Shown: in pieces, positions 33,501 through 44,250 of the stretch
How the letters are laid out: each line of letters opens with the position of its first letter
Numbering within the stretch: position 1 is the first letter of the stretch
From: Felis catus
Taxonomy: Eukaryota
Length of the DNA: 64,000 nt
Reading direction: 5' to 3'
Assembly (NCBI RefSeq): GCF_018350175.1
Contig: NC_058382.1
Location: forward strand, 60,576,001 to 60,640,000
Notes under the pieces: model-generated
Databases searched by the model: none
What the model saw: only the letters and a program-made list of their open reading frames with translations
Told to the model about the DNA's origin: nothing
Program-made: the position numbers and the translations under genes

Positions 33501-36500
33501 GCCTTTGAAAACCACGGGGAGCAGAGACCGAGGCAGAGGGACCCGGAGAGCGGCGTCAGCGAGACAGCTGGCAGGGCCGGAGTGGGGCTGTGTCTGGCCG
33601 CGGGGGGGGGGGGGGGGGGGGGCCGACGGCAGGACACAGAGCCGGGGGCAAGCTCTCTGCCCCCGGCCCCGGGCACCCTCCCGGCCCCGCTAGGCACCGA
33701 GGGCGGCTCAAGCAGAGCACACGAGCTGACTGGGCAAGTAAGCGTCACCCCCGGCGTTCCTTCTAGGTCAGAAATCGTGCGCCCACCGCCTGCCGCTGCG
33801 GTGCCCAGCTTGGCGCGGGTGGGGAGGGCGTCCCGGAGAGTGAGCCGGCACGGGGGAAGCAGGGCAGGGGTTTGGACGGAAGGAGGCAGACGGGTTCCCA
33901 GTGGGCCTGTCGGAGCACCTGGGGCCAGCCGCCTCTCTTGGGATTGTGTCGGGTAAGCGGAGATACTGGCCTTCTCTTAGGCTTGAGCCCGTTTGGGATG
34001 GGTTTCTGTCACGCACAACCTGGAAGGGCCTGTACACAGAGCCCTAGGAGGCTGGATCGTTCGGACGTGTGGCGGGGACTCCCCGTAAGCTGCGAGAATG
34101 TGACAGCATTCGCAGCATGCACAGCACAGCACCCTACAGGCCCTCGGTCTCCCCGCGGGCACCCACCTAGGCAGGCATAACCAGCCGCGGAGGAGGCCAG
34201 GCCCGCGGCCGTGGGGAAGTTGTTCACCGATGCGATGTGAACCTTGTAGCTGAGGCTGAGGGGCGGCGGGTCCTCGTCGCCGGTGCTCCTCCGCTTCCGG
34301 GCCAGGCGGCGGACTGAAGGCGGAGGGGACACGGCCACTGGGCAGGTGGCCCCGACCTGCTCCTGGCATCTCACCCGCCATGAGTCAGGAAGAGGGAGCG
34401 GCACAGCCGAAAGCCGGCCTCTGCCCCCAGCTTCTCATGCAGACGCCCTTCTCGGGGAGGGAAGGTCCCGGCCCCCGCCCCGGCCCCGGCCCCGGCCCCG
34501 GCGGTGCTCACAGGCAGCCCCCTCCCCCAGGGGGCCTGCGAAGCCAGCAGCACCCTCTGTGCACTCTGACCCTACAGACAGAAGAAGGGGCAGAGGGGAA
34601 GGAAGGGCTCGGCCCAGTGTCGCACACGTCCCCCGCGGGATCCCACTCACTCTCCCTGAGGCAGGCCTGGAGGCGTGGCTGCCCCACATCTTCCTCCCGG
34701 CCATTCAGCCAAATCCGGTCCTCGGTGAAATCCTTGCTGATGGCGGCCGTGGTGGTGGTTTTTAACTGGGAGAGAAAACACAGGGGCCACCGCAGGGACG
34801 GGTGAGGGGTCAGCGCGCTTTCCACTGGGGATGGCCCTTCGGGGTCTCCCGCTCAGGAGCAGGGACGGCCTTGCCGGAGAACTGGGCCGTTGAGGCCAAG
34901 GCAGGCCGGGCGGGCAGTGAGGAGGCCCCAAGGCAGGTGGCAGGCTTGGCACCAGGCCTGGACTCCAGAGGAGAGCTGGGAGCAGGGGCCTGTGCGCAAA
35001 GAGCAGTCCTAACAGGGGGCCGGGGAACTGTTCACCGGCCGGGAATTTATTGCTACAGTTGTTAAACAAAAGTTCAACCAAAGCGTGGTAAATATTTACG
35101 TTGCATTCAGTGCCCATTCGTACTAACCTGGTCTTGGTGCAAGGTGACGCTCAGAGAGGAGTTGATGGGCAGGACCAGGTCCTCATCGCGCTTCCCCCCT
35201 GGAACAGACAACCCAAGGCCGGGCCGGTCCATTGCCCAGCCATGCAAACCATCACGCTGCCCTCGCTCCTCCCCACCAGTGCTCCCCAGTTACCCTCGCT
35301 GCCAGCCTGCTCTCTCCCCTCCGCTCCGAGCCTGCTGCCTCACTGCACAGTGTTAAGTCTTCTTCCTCCTGTGCCCTCGCCTTCAGGAAGTCCTCCCGGA
35401 TTTCTCCCCACTTCACCAGGCTCCCAGTCCCAGAGCAGAGCTGGAGGCCGGTCCATCCCCTGTCTCATTGCTTGTTTTATCTTCCGCCCCTCGGAGCGGC
35501 CTTCCAGGCTCTGAGCACTCTGGGTAAGGCTCTCGCCTCCCAAACAAGGGGAGCCCGGGTTCCAGTCTCCGCTGTTGCTCCCCGGAGACACTCAGACCGG
35601 CCCCCTCCCCCCGCCCCGGCTCGGCAAAGGGAGCTTCCCACGAGTGGACGGTGGCAGGGCTCTCTGTTAAGCACCCACGTCGCGCTGCACTTGTGTGGGG
35701 CCTCGGGACAGCAGACGGTTACCGGCGGTGCTAACGACAAGCCCTGGCAGGGGCTCCCGGAGCGCCCAGAAAGAGACCCACTTCAATTCACCCAACGGAC
35801 TTGACGAAGGCGCGAGAGCCGTTGCAAAGAGAGGTGCGGCCTTTCCAGCAAATGCCGCCAGAACGGCTGCACATCCACAGCCCAAAGCACGGACCCAAGT
35901 TTCACACCTTATACAAGAAAGCAACTCAAAACGGAGACTTGAACTTCAAATGAAAAACTATAAAACCTTCAGAAGATCTTCAGGTTGGAGGGCCAAGTAG
36001 GTGAGTCTCAGACTTGACCCCAAACGCGTGAGCTTCACCCAGATTTTGAACGCTACGGCTCTTTGAAAGACCCCGTTAGGACGGTCGAAAGATAAGCCAC
36101 AGATGGCGGAAAACATCTGCGAACATCCGACGAAGGATTAGGACGCAGAGGACACAGCAAACTCCCAAAACTCGACGGTAAAAAAGTACACAATCCAATT
36201 AGGACACGGACGTAAGACGCGGGCAAGTGTTTCACCAAAGAGGACGCACAGGTTACAAACAGCACGGGAAACGGTGTCCGGTGTCACTGGCCGGTAGAAA
36301 ATCATGGAGCAAACCCGCAGTCAGAGGTCACCCACCGATCAGAATGGCCGAAGTAAAAGCCAGTGACGACACCAGCGGCCAGAAAGCTGCGTCGCCCACG
36401 CGTCGCTGGTGGGAACAGAAAGTGGCAGCCGCACGTCAAGTTCAACAGTTTCCTTACACAACTGAAACACGACTACTCTACGGCCCAGCAGTGACACTCC

Positions 36501-37626
36501 TGGACATTCATCCCCAAAGAATGAAAACCTGTGTTCACGCGGCTACCTGCACGCGAACTTTAGAGCAGCTGTCTCCACGATACGCTGGGACAGCGACCTT
36601 TCAAAGGGTGTCTGGCTAAGCAGAGCGTGGGTGTCCCCGCCGGGGAACAGGACTCCGCGCTAAGGGAGCAAGTAACGACCCAAGCCAGCGCCTCGGTGAA
36701 TCTCCAACTCACGGCGAGTGACGAGAGCCACTCCCAAGGCTCCACATGAAAGGAACCCGTGGACTGAACAGTCTTGAGAACATGACGGACTTGGAGAGCA
36801 GGCTCCAGGTGGCCGGGTTCCAGGACTGTGGGAGCCAAGCCCCGGGGGTGGGTGTCCCGGTGGACACTGTCCCCCACCCCCGCGGTGGTAAAACTCCCCC
36901 TGTGGACCCTGTTCCTCGTCCCTCCACCTGGGGGGGGATGTCCCCAGCGGACCCTGTCCCCTATCCTGCCCCCCGGGGGAGTGGACGCCCCCACTGCCTT
37001 GGACCCTGTCTCCCGTCCTGCTCCGGGGGGTGGACGTCCCTCGTGGACCCTGTCCCCTGTTCCTTCACCTGGAGGTGGACCTCCCGCGTAGACCTGTCCC
37101 CCGTCCGGCCCCCTGGGGAGTGGACATCCCTCGTGGACCCTGTCCCCCTGTCCATCTCGAGGGTGGACATCCCCCGTGGACCCTGCTCCCCCCCCCCCGT
37201 CCAGCCCCGGGGGACGGATGTCCCCTGTGGACCCTGTCCCCATCCTGTCCCCCGGGGATGAACCACCCACCCCCCCGTGGACCCTGTCCCCCGTCCAGGA
37301 GGTGGGCCTCCCTTGTGCACCTGTCCCCCATCTCGCCCCCCCGGGGGGTGTGAACCCCCCCACATGGGCCCTGTCCCCCGTCCCTTCACGCGGGGGTGGA
37401 CGTCCCTCGTGGACCCTGTCCCCCATCCCAGAGGTGGACGTCTCCCGTGGATCCTATCCCCCGTCCCTCCATCCAGGGGTGGACCTCCCGCGTGGACCCT
37501 GTCCCCCGTCCAGGCCCCGTAGACCGTGTCTCGCGCCCCGGCCAGGCACTCACAGTACTTGATGACCGCGATGTTGACCGGCGCGGTGCAGGTCACGACC
37601 ACCAGCGGCTTCTCCTCGGAGGCCAT
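30511..37626 (-). CDS. MVD: Diphosphomevalonate decarboxylase (10 exons, 401 aa)
   Basis: complement(join(37554..37626,35128..35198,34651..34765,34167..34313,33241..33440,32895..32969,32565..32783,32152..32267,31154..31262,30511..30591)); 1206 nt. Motifs [33 protein letters not shown] (GHMP P-loop), [40 protein letters not shown] are intact. The intron 7 donor is GC. Confidence 0.96.
31154..31262 (-). CDS. MVD: MVD exon 9
   Basis: 109 nt; [36 protein letters not shown]|gtgagg. Confidence 0.95.
32152..32267 (-). CDS. MVD: MVD exon 8
   Basis: 116 nt; [38 protein letters not shown]|gtgagt. Confidence 0.95.
32565..32783 (-). CDS. MVD: MVD exon 7 (GC donor)
   Basis: 219 nt; [14 protein letters not shown]...[10 protein letters not shown]|gctagc. 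Confidence 0.88.
32895..32969 (-). CDS. MVD: MVD exon 6
   Basis: 75 nt; [25 protein letters not shown]|gtgagg. Confidence 0.95.
33241..33440 (-). CDS. MVD: MVD exon 5
   Basis: 200 nt; [31 protein letters not shown]...[10 protein letters not shown]|gtgagt. Confidence 0.95.
34167..34313 (-). CDS. MVD: MVD exon 4
   Basis: 147 nt; RRLARKRR...[26 protein letters not shown]|gtgggt. Confidence 0.95.
34651..34765 (-). CDS. MVD: MVD exon 3
   Basis: 115 nt; [38 protein letters not shown]|gtgagt. Confidence 0.95.
35128..35198 (-). CDS. MVD: MVD exon 2
   Basis: 71 nt; [23 protein letters not shown]|gttagt. Confidence 0.95.
35780..36800 (+). mobile_element. Old L1M 3' fragment in MVD intron 1 (GC-shifted)
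   Basis: aatccaattagg...gtttcaccaaagagga...cacccaccgatcagaatggc...ggcccagcagtgacactcctggacattcatccccaaagaatgaaaac resemble the L1 ORF2 end and 3'UTR. Confidence 0.65.
36858..37530. repeat. GC-rich minisatellite, ~15-16 units of ~38-48 bp with core GTGGACCCTGTCCCC
   Basis: The core recurs directly throughout; it starts about 25 nt into MVD intron 1. Confidence 0.9.
37554..37626 (-). CDS. MVD: MVD exon 1 coding part
   Basis: 73 nt; [24 protein letters not shown]|gtgagt. Confidence 0.95.
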
Positions 37627-37639
37627 GGCCCAGAAACAC

Positions 37640-38300
37640 TGCGAGCTGAGCCTGCAGCCGGCCCGGCCGGCACCTCACCTGCCCCGCGATTCGCCGGCAG
37701 GGAAGCTGTCCTCGCTCCGTCCAATCAGCGGTGGGCCCGGCCACCGCTCCACTTCTCAGCCAATGAGCGGGATCGGACGATGGCCTGCTGACTCTGGGTC
37801 CGCCCCCGTGGGCTGGCGGACACGCACCTCCTTTGCGCAGGCGCAAGGATCAACCCAGACGCCTTGCACTCAGACGCCGAGTCTACGTAGGCCCTGGGAC
37901 TGCGCAGGCGCAGGGGTCTGCGCAGGCGCGTGGCGTCGGACTTCCCTAGAGCGGGCTTGGACTCCAGCTGAACCCGGAAAGTTCCCGCGGGCGGACGCGG
38001 TAGGGGACCGCACCCTGAGGGACTGTCCGCCCAGGCTGGGCTCAGGGGGTCCGGGGGCTCAGGCGCCTCAGTAGCTCCAGACGAAAGACCGGGTGACGGC
38101 GTCAGGGGTGCCGCCGGGGCTGAAGGGCAAGCCCCGGGGTCCCCCGCGCCCCGGGACAGGTCCTCCCCACGCCCTGCTCCCAGGACAGATCCTCCCCGCC
38201 CAGGGTCCCCAGCGCCACGGGACAGATCCTCCCCACGCCGAGGTCCCCGAGATCTGGCGTCCCCATGGGACGCACCCCCCACCTCCGGTACTCGCCAGAG
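37640..38300. promoter_or_regulatory. MVD CpG-island promoter (2 CCAAT, GC box, 3 NRF1-like motifs)
   Basis: CCAAT at 37721-37725 and 37760-37764; TCCGCCCC near 37799; TGCGCAGGCGCA at 37834-37845 and 37901-37912; TGCGCAGGCGCG at 37919-37930. Confidence 0.8.
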
Positions 38301-38637
38301 CCCCTGGGCTGGGGGGCGCTAAGGATGAATTGCTTCAGAGCTAGGATCCTTCAAACCTCTCCTTTTTCTGAGCTCCAGATAAGCAGGGGTCCTTTTTTCA
38401 CCGTGAAGGCGGATTGTCAGATCTCTGCACAGGGACTTTTCTATTGTAAAGTATTCATAACGTAACACTTACCGTTGTAACCATTCCCAGTTGTGCGGTC
38501 CTGTGGCATTAAATACATTCCCGCTTTACAGCCATCACCACCATACAACAGCAGAACTTTTTTATCCTAAACTGAAAGTCCAGCCGTTAAACACTAACTC
38601 CCAGTTTCCCTCTTCCCTTTCTAAATGTTTAGTTAGA

Positions 38638-38848
38638 ATTTTTTTTTAATGTTTTATTTATCTTTGAGAGAGAGACAGAGTGCGAGTGGGTTGGGGCAGA
38701 GAGAGAGGGAGGCACAGAATCTGAAGCAGGCTCCAGACTCCGAGCTGTCAGCAGCACAGAGCCCGACTCAGGGCTCGGACTCAGATCGTGAGATCATGAC
38801 CTGAGCCGAAGTGAGAAGCTTAACGGACTGAGCCACCCAGGCGCCCCC
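38638..38848 (-). mobile_element. CanSINE
   Basis: T-tract, gagagagacagag...gagatcatgacctgagccgaagt...tgagccacccaggcgcccc. Confidence 0.9.
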
Positions 38849-39609
38849 AATAAATGTTCATTTTTACCTTTAAAATGGCCCATTCTTCAGTCGAGTTTGA
38901 GTACGTGCTGTGAACTGTCCCAACCCCGGCCAGCCACCCGGCTCTCTTCCCAGAAGGGTTAGTGTGACCCAGTGCTTGAGTGTCTGTCCGGGAACAGTTT
39001 CTGTGTGACGATACGCAGGGACCTTTTTCCACTTAGATGCTTCATGGAGATCATTCCAATTCCGAACAAAAGTGCTCCCTGGCTCTGCTGTCCACATGCG
39101 CCTTAATCTTTCCAGCCCGCCCCATGTTGGTGCACAATTAGGTTGTTACCAATTTTTTTTTATATAGTATAAGCTGTTTTTTGTGTGAGTGTTAGTATTC
39201 GTGTAGGAGGAATTTCAGGAATTGTAATCACCTGGCCAAGTAGAACGTGTCAGGTATAGATAGCTGTTGGCAAGTTCCCGGGAGGAAGTTGAATTGGTTG
39301 TTGAAGGCTGGTCCCCAAAGCGTGGGAGCGTGCTCACCCTCTCCACGCAGCCCATCGGTCTTAAGGTGAAAAACCGAATCTTACTGCTGTTTGCATTTGT
39401 ATTCCAGATGGCTGTTTTTTTTAGTTTTTCTTGCAATCATGTTTCCATTTCATGCAAAACGGCTGAAACTTGTTTTGCAAGATTGGTGGTAGCTTGTTCC
39501 TGGCAACTGTCATAGCATATTCTCTGAAGAGAGGGTGCCTGTGAGTCTCGGTGGCTTCTGTTCGCCAAGGCAGTGGTGGAGAGGACAGCACCGACATTTA
39601 TTAAGTCTA

Positions 39610-39875
39610 CAGAGTGAACCGCCTTCCCCAAATTCATCTGTGGAACCCAGCCCCCAGGGTGATGCTGTCGGGAGGCCATGAGGTCAGGAGGGCGGAGCCT
39701 CGTGATGGGATTGGAGCCCCTGCCCCTTGTGCCCGCGGGGACACAGCAAGAAGACTGCTGTCTGTGCCCTGGTCTTGGAGCTCCAGCGTCCAGGACTGTG
39801 AGAAACCAGGGGGTGTTTGTAAGCCCCCCAGCCTGTGGTGGTTTCGTCCTAGCAGCCTGGATGAACTAAGATAGT
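39610..39875 (+). mobile_element. MLT1A-type solo LTR
   Basis: ccccaaattcatctgtggaaccc...gaggtcaggagggcggagcctcgtgatgggattggagccc...tccaggactgtgagaaa...gcagcctggatgaactaagata. Confidence 0.75.
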
Positions 39876-39989
39876 ACTGTATATACATGATTTTAAAAGT
39901 CAGTTACCAGACCACTTCTCCACTTACCCACCTCCAGGTTTGGCTCATCAAAGGCAACCACTTTCAAATCTTTATTTCCCTCCATATTT

Positions 39990-40640
39990 CTTTTTTTAAT
40001 ATATAATTTTATTTATTTATTTTAGAGCGTGAATCAGGGAGAGGGCCAGAGGGCAAGAGAGAGAATCCCAAGCAGGCCCCACACTCAGCAAGGAGCCCAA
40101 CGCAGGGCTCAGTCTCACCACCCAGAGATCATGACCTGAGCGGAAATCAAGAGTTGGATGCTCAGGACGCCTGGATGGCTCAGTCGGTTGAGCGTCTGAC
40201 TTCAGCTCAGGTCATGATCTCATGGTTTGTGGGTTTGAGCCCTGTGTCGGGCTCTGTGCTGACAGCTCAGAGCCTGGAGCCTGCTTCGGATTCTGTGTCT
40301 CCCTCTCTCTCTGCCCCTCCCCTGTTTGTGCTCTGTCTCAAAAATAAACATTAAGAAAAATTTTTTTAAGTGAGATGCTCAACTGAGCCACCCAGGTGCC
40401 CCTGTTTTCTTCCGTATTTCTAAACAACCTGCTTATATTCTTTCTTGATTTCTTTCTTTTTGTTAAGTTTATTTATTTTGAGACAGAGAGGAGGGGAGGG
40501 ACAGAGAGAGAGAATCCCAAGCAGTCTCTGCAGTGACAGTGCAGAGCCCAATGAAGGGCTCGATCCCAGGAGCCATGAGATCACAACCTGAGCCAAAATC
40601 TAGTGGGATGCTCAACTGACCGAGCCACCCAGGTGCCCCT
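39990..40640. mobile_element. SINE cluster: minus SINE (39990-40403) split by a plus SINE (~40165-40368), then another minus SINE (~40455-40639)
   Basis: The host SINE is interrupted at agttggatgctca and resumes at agtgagatgctca-actgagccacccaggtgcccc (degenerate TSD). Confidence 0.85.
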
Positions 40641-41227
40641 CTTTCTTTTTCTGATTGTTTTTATTCTTTTTTTTCAGTTTTAGAATCTATTGATTGCCAG
40701 TGAGTAGAAATAAGGGATTCTCTTCCAACCACATCCCTTCCTCCCCCGTGCTCCCTGTGTAGGCACAAACGTCTGACAGCGTGCTCGTGGGCAAAGGCCG
40801 CTTTATGTAATGGAGAGCCTTGAATGAACGACGCCCGTACACAGGCTGGATGCACATCCACACCAGCACCTTCAGCCCAGGACCCACCCACGTGTATGAA
40901 ATTAACTCATCGTAGGGCCTCTCGGGCAAATGAATGAAATAAATGGTTTTCTCCTACCCTCAGGGTTTGTCATGTAAGTTGTGGGGTTAATGCCTATTGG
41001 GTCGCAGAGAGGATGGTAAACCAGAGGTCACATTATTGTGATTTTCTGATTTGTTCCATTCAAGTGTTTCAAAGATGTGTGTGCAGAACAGGGAGCAAAG
41101 CTTGACATCTCAAGGCTCACTAGCAGGGGTGAAGAGTAGGGGTCCCTCCTGCAACCCGGAAGCATCTTCCACGATGGTCCTCAGGTTTCCTTTTTTGTTT
41201 TAAAGCCTTGTTTAAAAATTGTGCTAA

Positions 41228-41442
41228 GGGGCGCCTGGGTGGCTCGGTCGGTTAAGCGTCCGGCTTCGGCTCAGGTCATGATCTCGCGGTCCGTGAGTTC
41301 GAGCCCCGCGTCGGGCTCTGTGCTGACAGCTCAGAGCCTGGAGCCTGCTTCCGATTCTGTGTCTCCCTCTCTCTGTGACCCTCCCCCGTTTATGCTCTGT
41401 CTCTCTCTGTCTCAAAAATAAATAAACGTTAAAAAAAATTTT
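41228..41442 (+). mobile_element. Young feliform CanSINE (SINEC_Fc-like) with perfect TSD
   Basis: Near-consensus body with CpGs intact; TSD AAAAATTGTGCTAA at 41214-41227 and 41443-41456. Confidence 0.95.
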
Positions 41443-41456
41443 AAAAATTGTGCTAA

Positions 41457-42119
41457 AATATACATAACAAAAGTTTACCACCTTCACCACTTTTTGGCCA
41501 GCGCAGGGATGTTAGGTTCGTTCCCTCTGGAAGACACGTCACCACCACCTGCCGTTCACCGAACTCTGCCACCTTCCCCAGCCGGAGCCCTGTCCCCACG
41601 AAGCCAACTCCCCGGCCCGGCCCGGCCCGAGCCCCCGCACCGCCCATCCGGCTTCCGTCTCCACGGATCCCACTCTTCGGGGGACCTCGTACGAGTGGGA
41701 CCCTCGGAGTGTCCTGTTGTCACCGGCTTCCTGCCCTTGGCAGGATGTCCTCCGGGTCCATCCGTGTGGTACCAGCTGCCACTACTTCCTTTCCGTCTTA
41801 GGCTTCAATAACACCCCCTCGCGTGGACGGCCTACACGGTTTCGTGGATCCATCCACCGAGGGACACCTCGCTGGCTTCCACCTCTCGGCTGTTGTGAGG
41901 GATGCTGCCGCGCGCACGAGTGCACACGTACCTGTTCGTGTCCTTTTAGTTCTTTTGGGCGTCTGCTCCCCGGATGGAGTTGCTGGGTCACGTGGTGAGG
42001 CCATTGCTGGGTCTTTGAGGAACCGCCGTGCCGTTTTCCACGGCAGCTGCACCTTTCACACCCCCGCTGACCGTGCATGGGGTCCCCGTTTCTCCACGTC
42101 CTCGCCAACACTTACTAAC
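41457..42119 (-). mobile_element. Old L1M 3' fragment, strongly GC-shifted; continues at ~43999-44040
   Basis: ...ggagttgctgggtcacgtggt...tttgaggaaccgcc...gttttccacggcagctgcacc...tttctccacgtcctcgccaacactt. Confidence 0.8.
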
Positions 42120-42130
42120 TCATCTTTGTT

Positions 42131-43987
42131 ATTTATGTACGTATTTATATTAAAAGGGGATATGTATTTTTTTATTTAAATCCAAGTTCGTGGGGTGCCT
42201 GGGTGGCTCAGTCGGTTGAGTGTCCGACTTCAGGTCGTGATCCCTCGGTTCATGGGTTCGAGCCGTATGTCAGGCTGCGTGCCGACAGCTCAGAGCCTGG
42301 AGCCTGCTTCGGATTCTGTGTCTCCCTCTCTCTCTGCCCTCCCCCATTCTCACTCTGTCTGTCTGTCTCTCTCTCTCTGTCTCTCTCAGAAATAAACATT
42401 AAAAACAACCAAGTTAGTTAACATAGAGTGTAATAGTAGTTTCAGGAGTAGAATTTAGTGACTCATCGCTTACATGTAACACCCGGTGCTCACCCCAACA
42501 AGTGTCCTCCTTAATGCGTCTCACCCTTTACCCATCCCCCCACCCACAACCCCTCCAGCAGCCCTCATTTCTCTGTATTTAAGAGTCTCCTAGGGTTTGT
42601 CTCCCTCTCTGTTTTTATCTTATTTTTGCTTTCCTTACCTTATGTTCCTCTGTTTTGTTTCTTACATTCCACAGATGAGTGAAATCATATGATATTTGTC
42701 TTTCTCTGACTTATTTTGCTTAGCATAATACCCTCCAGTTCCATCCACGTACGTGCAAATGGCAAGATTTCATTCTTTTTCATCACCAACTAATATTCCC
42801 TTGTATGTATATACCACATCTTTATCCATTCATCCATCAATGGACATTTGGGCTCTTTCCATACTTTGGCTATTGTCAATAGTGCTGCTATAAACACGGG
42901 GGTGTATATATCTCTTCGAAACAGCACACCTGTATCCCGTGGATAAATGCCTAGTCGTGCAATTGCTGGGGGGTAGCGTAGTTCTAATTTTAGTTTTTTG
43001 AGGAACCTCCATACTGTTTTCAAGAGTGGCTGCACCAGCTTGCATTCCCACCAACAATGCAAAAGAGTTCCTCTTTCGCCGCATCCTCACCAACATCCGT
43101 TGTTGCCTGAGTTGTTAATGTGAGCCATTCTGACAGGGGTGAGGGGATATCTCATTGTGGTTTTGATTTGTATTTCCCTGATGATGAGTGAAGTTGAGCA
43201 TTTTTTCATGTGTCGGTTGGCCATCTGGATGTCTATTCATGTCTTTGCCCATTTCTTCACCGGATTATTTGTTTTTTGGGTGTTGAGCTTGATCAGTTCT
43301 TTATAGATTTTGGATACTAACCTTTTATCTGATAGGTCGTTTGCAAATATCTTCTCCCATTCCGTCAGTTGCCTTTTAGTTTTGCAGATTGTTTCCTTTG
43401 CTGTGCAGAAGCTTTTTATTTTGATGAGGTCCCAGTAGTTCATTTCTGCTTTTGTTTCCCTTGCCTCCGGAGGCGTGTTGAGCAAGAAGTTGCTTCAGGC
43501 AAGGCCAAAGAGGTTTTTGCCTGTTTTCTCCTCGAGGATTGTGATGGCCTTCCTGTCTTACATTGAGGTCTTTCGTCCGTTTTGAGTTTATTTTTGTGTC
43601 TGGTGTAAGAAAGTGGTCCAGGTTCATTCTTCTGCATGTCGCTGTCCAGTTTTCCCAGCACCACTTGCTGAAGAGACTGTCTTTATTCCATTGGTTGTTC
43701 TTTCCTGCTTTGTCAAAGATGAGTTGGCCATACGTTGGTGGGTCCATTTCTGGGTTCTCTATTCTGCTCCGTTGATCAGAGTGTCTCTGCTTGTGCCAGT
43801 ACCGTACTGTCTTGCTGATTACAGCTTTGTAACAGCTCGAAGTCCAGGATTGTGATGCCTCCTGCTTTGGTTTTCTTTTTCAAGGTCACTTTGGCTATTC
43901 GGAGTCTTTTCTGGTTCCAAACAAATTTTAGGATTGTCTGTTCCAGCTCCGGGAAGAGTGCTGGTGTTGTTTCGATCGGGATCGCCT
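42131..43987 (-). mobile_element. Carnivore L1, 5'-truncated (ORF2 C-terminus plus 3'UTR), with a plus-strand CanSINE at ~42192-42405
   Basis: ORF2 peptides [54 protein letters not shown] with frameshifts; TSD TCATCTTTGTT at 42120-42130 and 43988-43998. Confidence 0.92.
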
Positions 43988-44079
43988 TCATCTTTGTTTT
44001 AATAACAACCCACCCTGATGGGTGTGAAGTTCCAGGTCTCCCTTTAAGATAAGCTCCCAGTGCTGACGAGAGTGAGTGC

Positions 44080-44250
44080 AGGGTGGTGTTCCTCTAGTGT
44101 TAGTGTGCACATGATTCCTCCAGGGAAGCGTGTGGGAATTCTGATTCAGGAGATCTGGGGTGGGTCCTGATAGTCTGCGTTTCCAGCAGGCACCAGGCGT
44201 GCCGATGGTGGAAGCTGCTGGCCGAGGGCCATGCCGTGAGCAGCAAAGAT
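44080..44250. mobile_element. MER5A-like hAT MITE
   Basis: ttctgattcaggagatctggggtgggtcctgatagtctgcgtttccagcagg...gctgctggccgagggcca resembles MER5A. Confidence 0.65.

Noticed and set aside
42790..43991. ORFs with reverse-transcriptase-protein C-terminal motifs as a host gene
   Set aside because: Frameshifted L1 ORF2 remnants bounded by a TSD.
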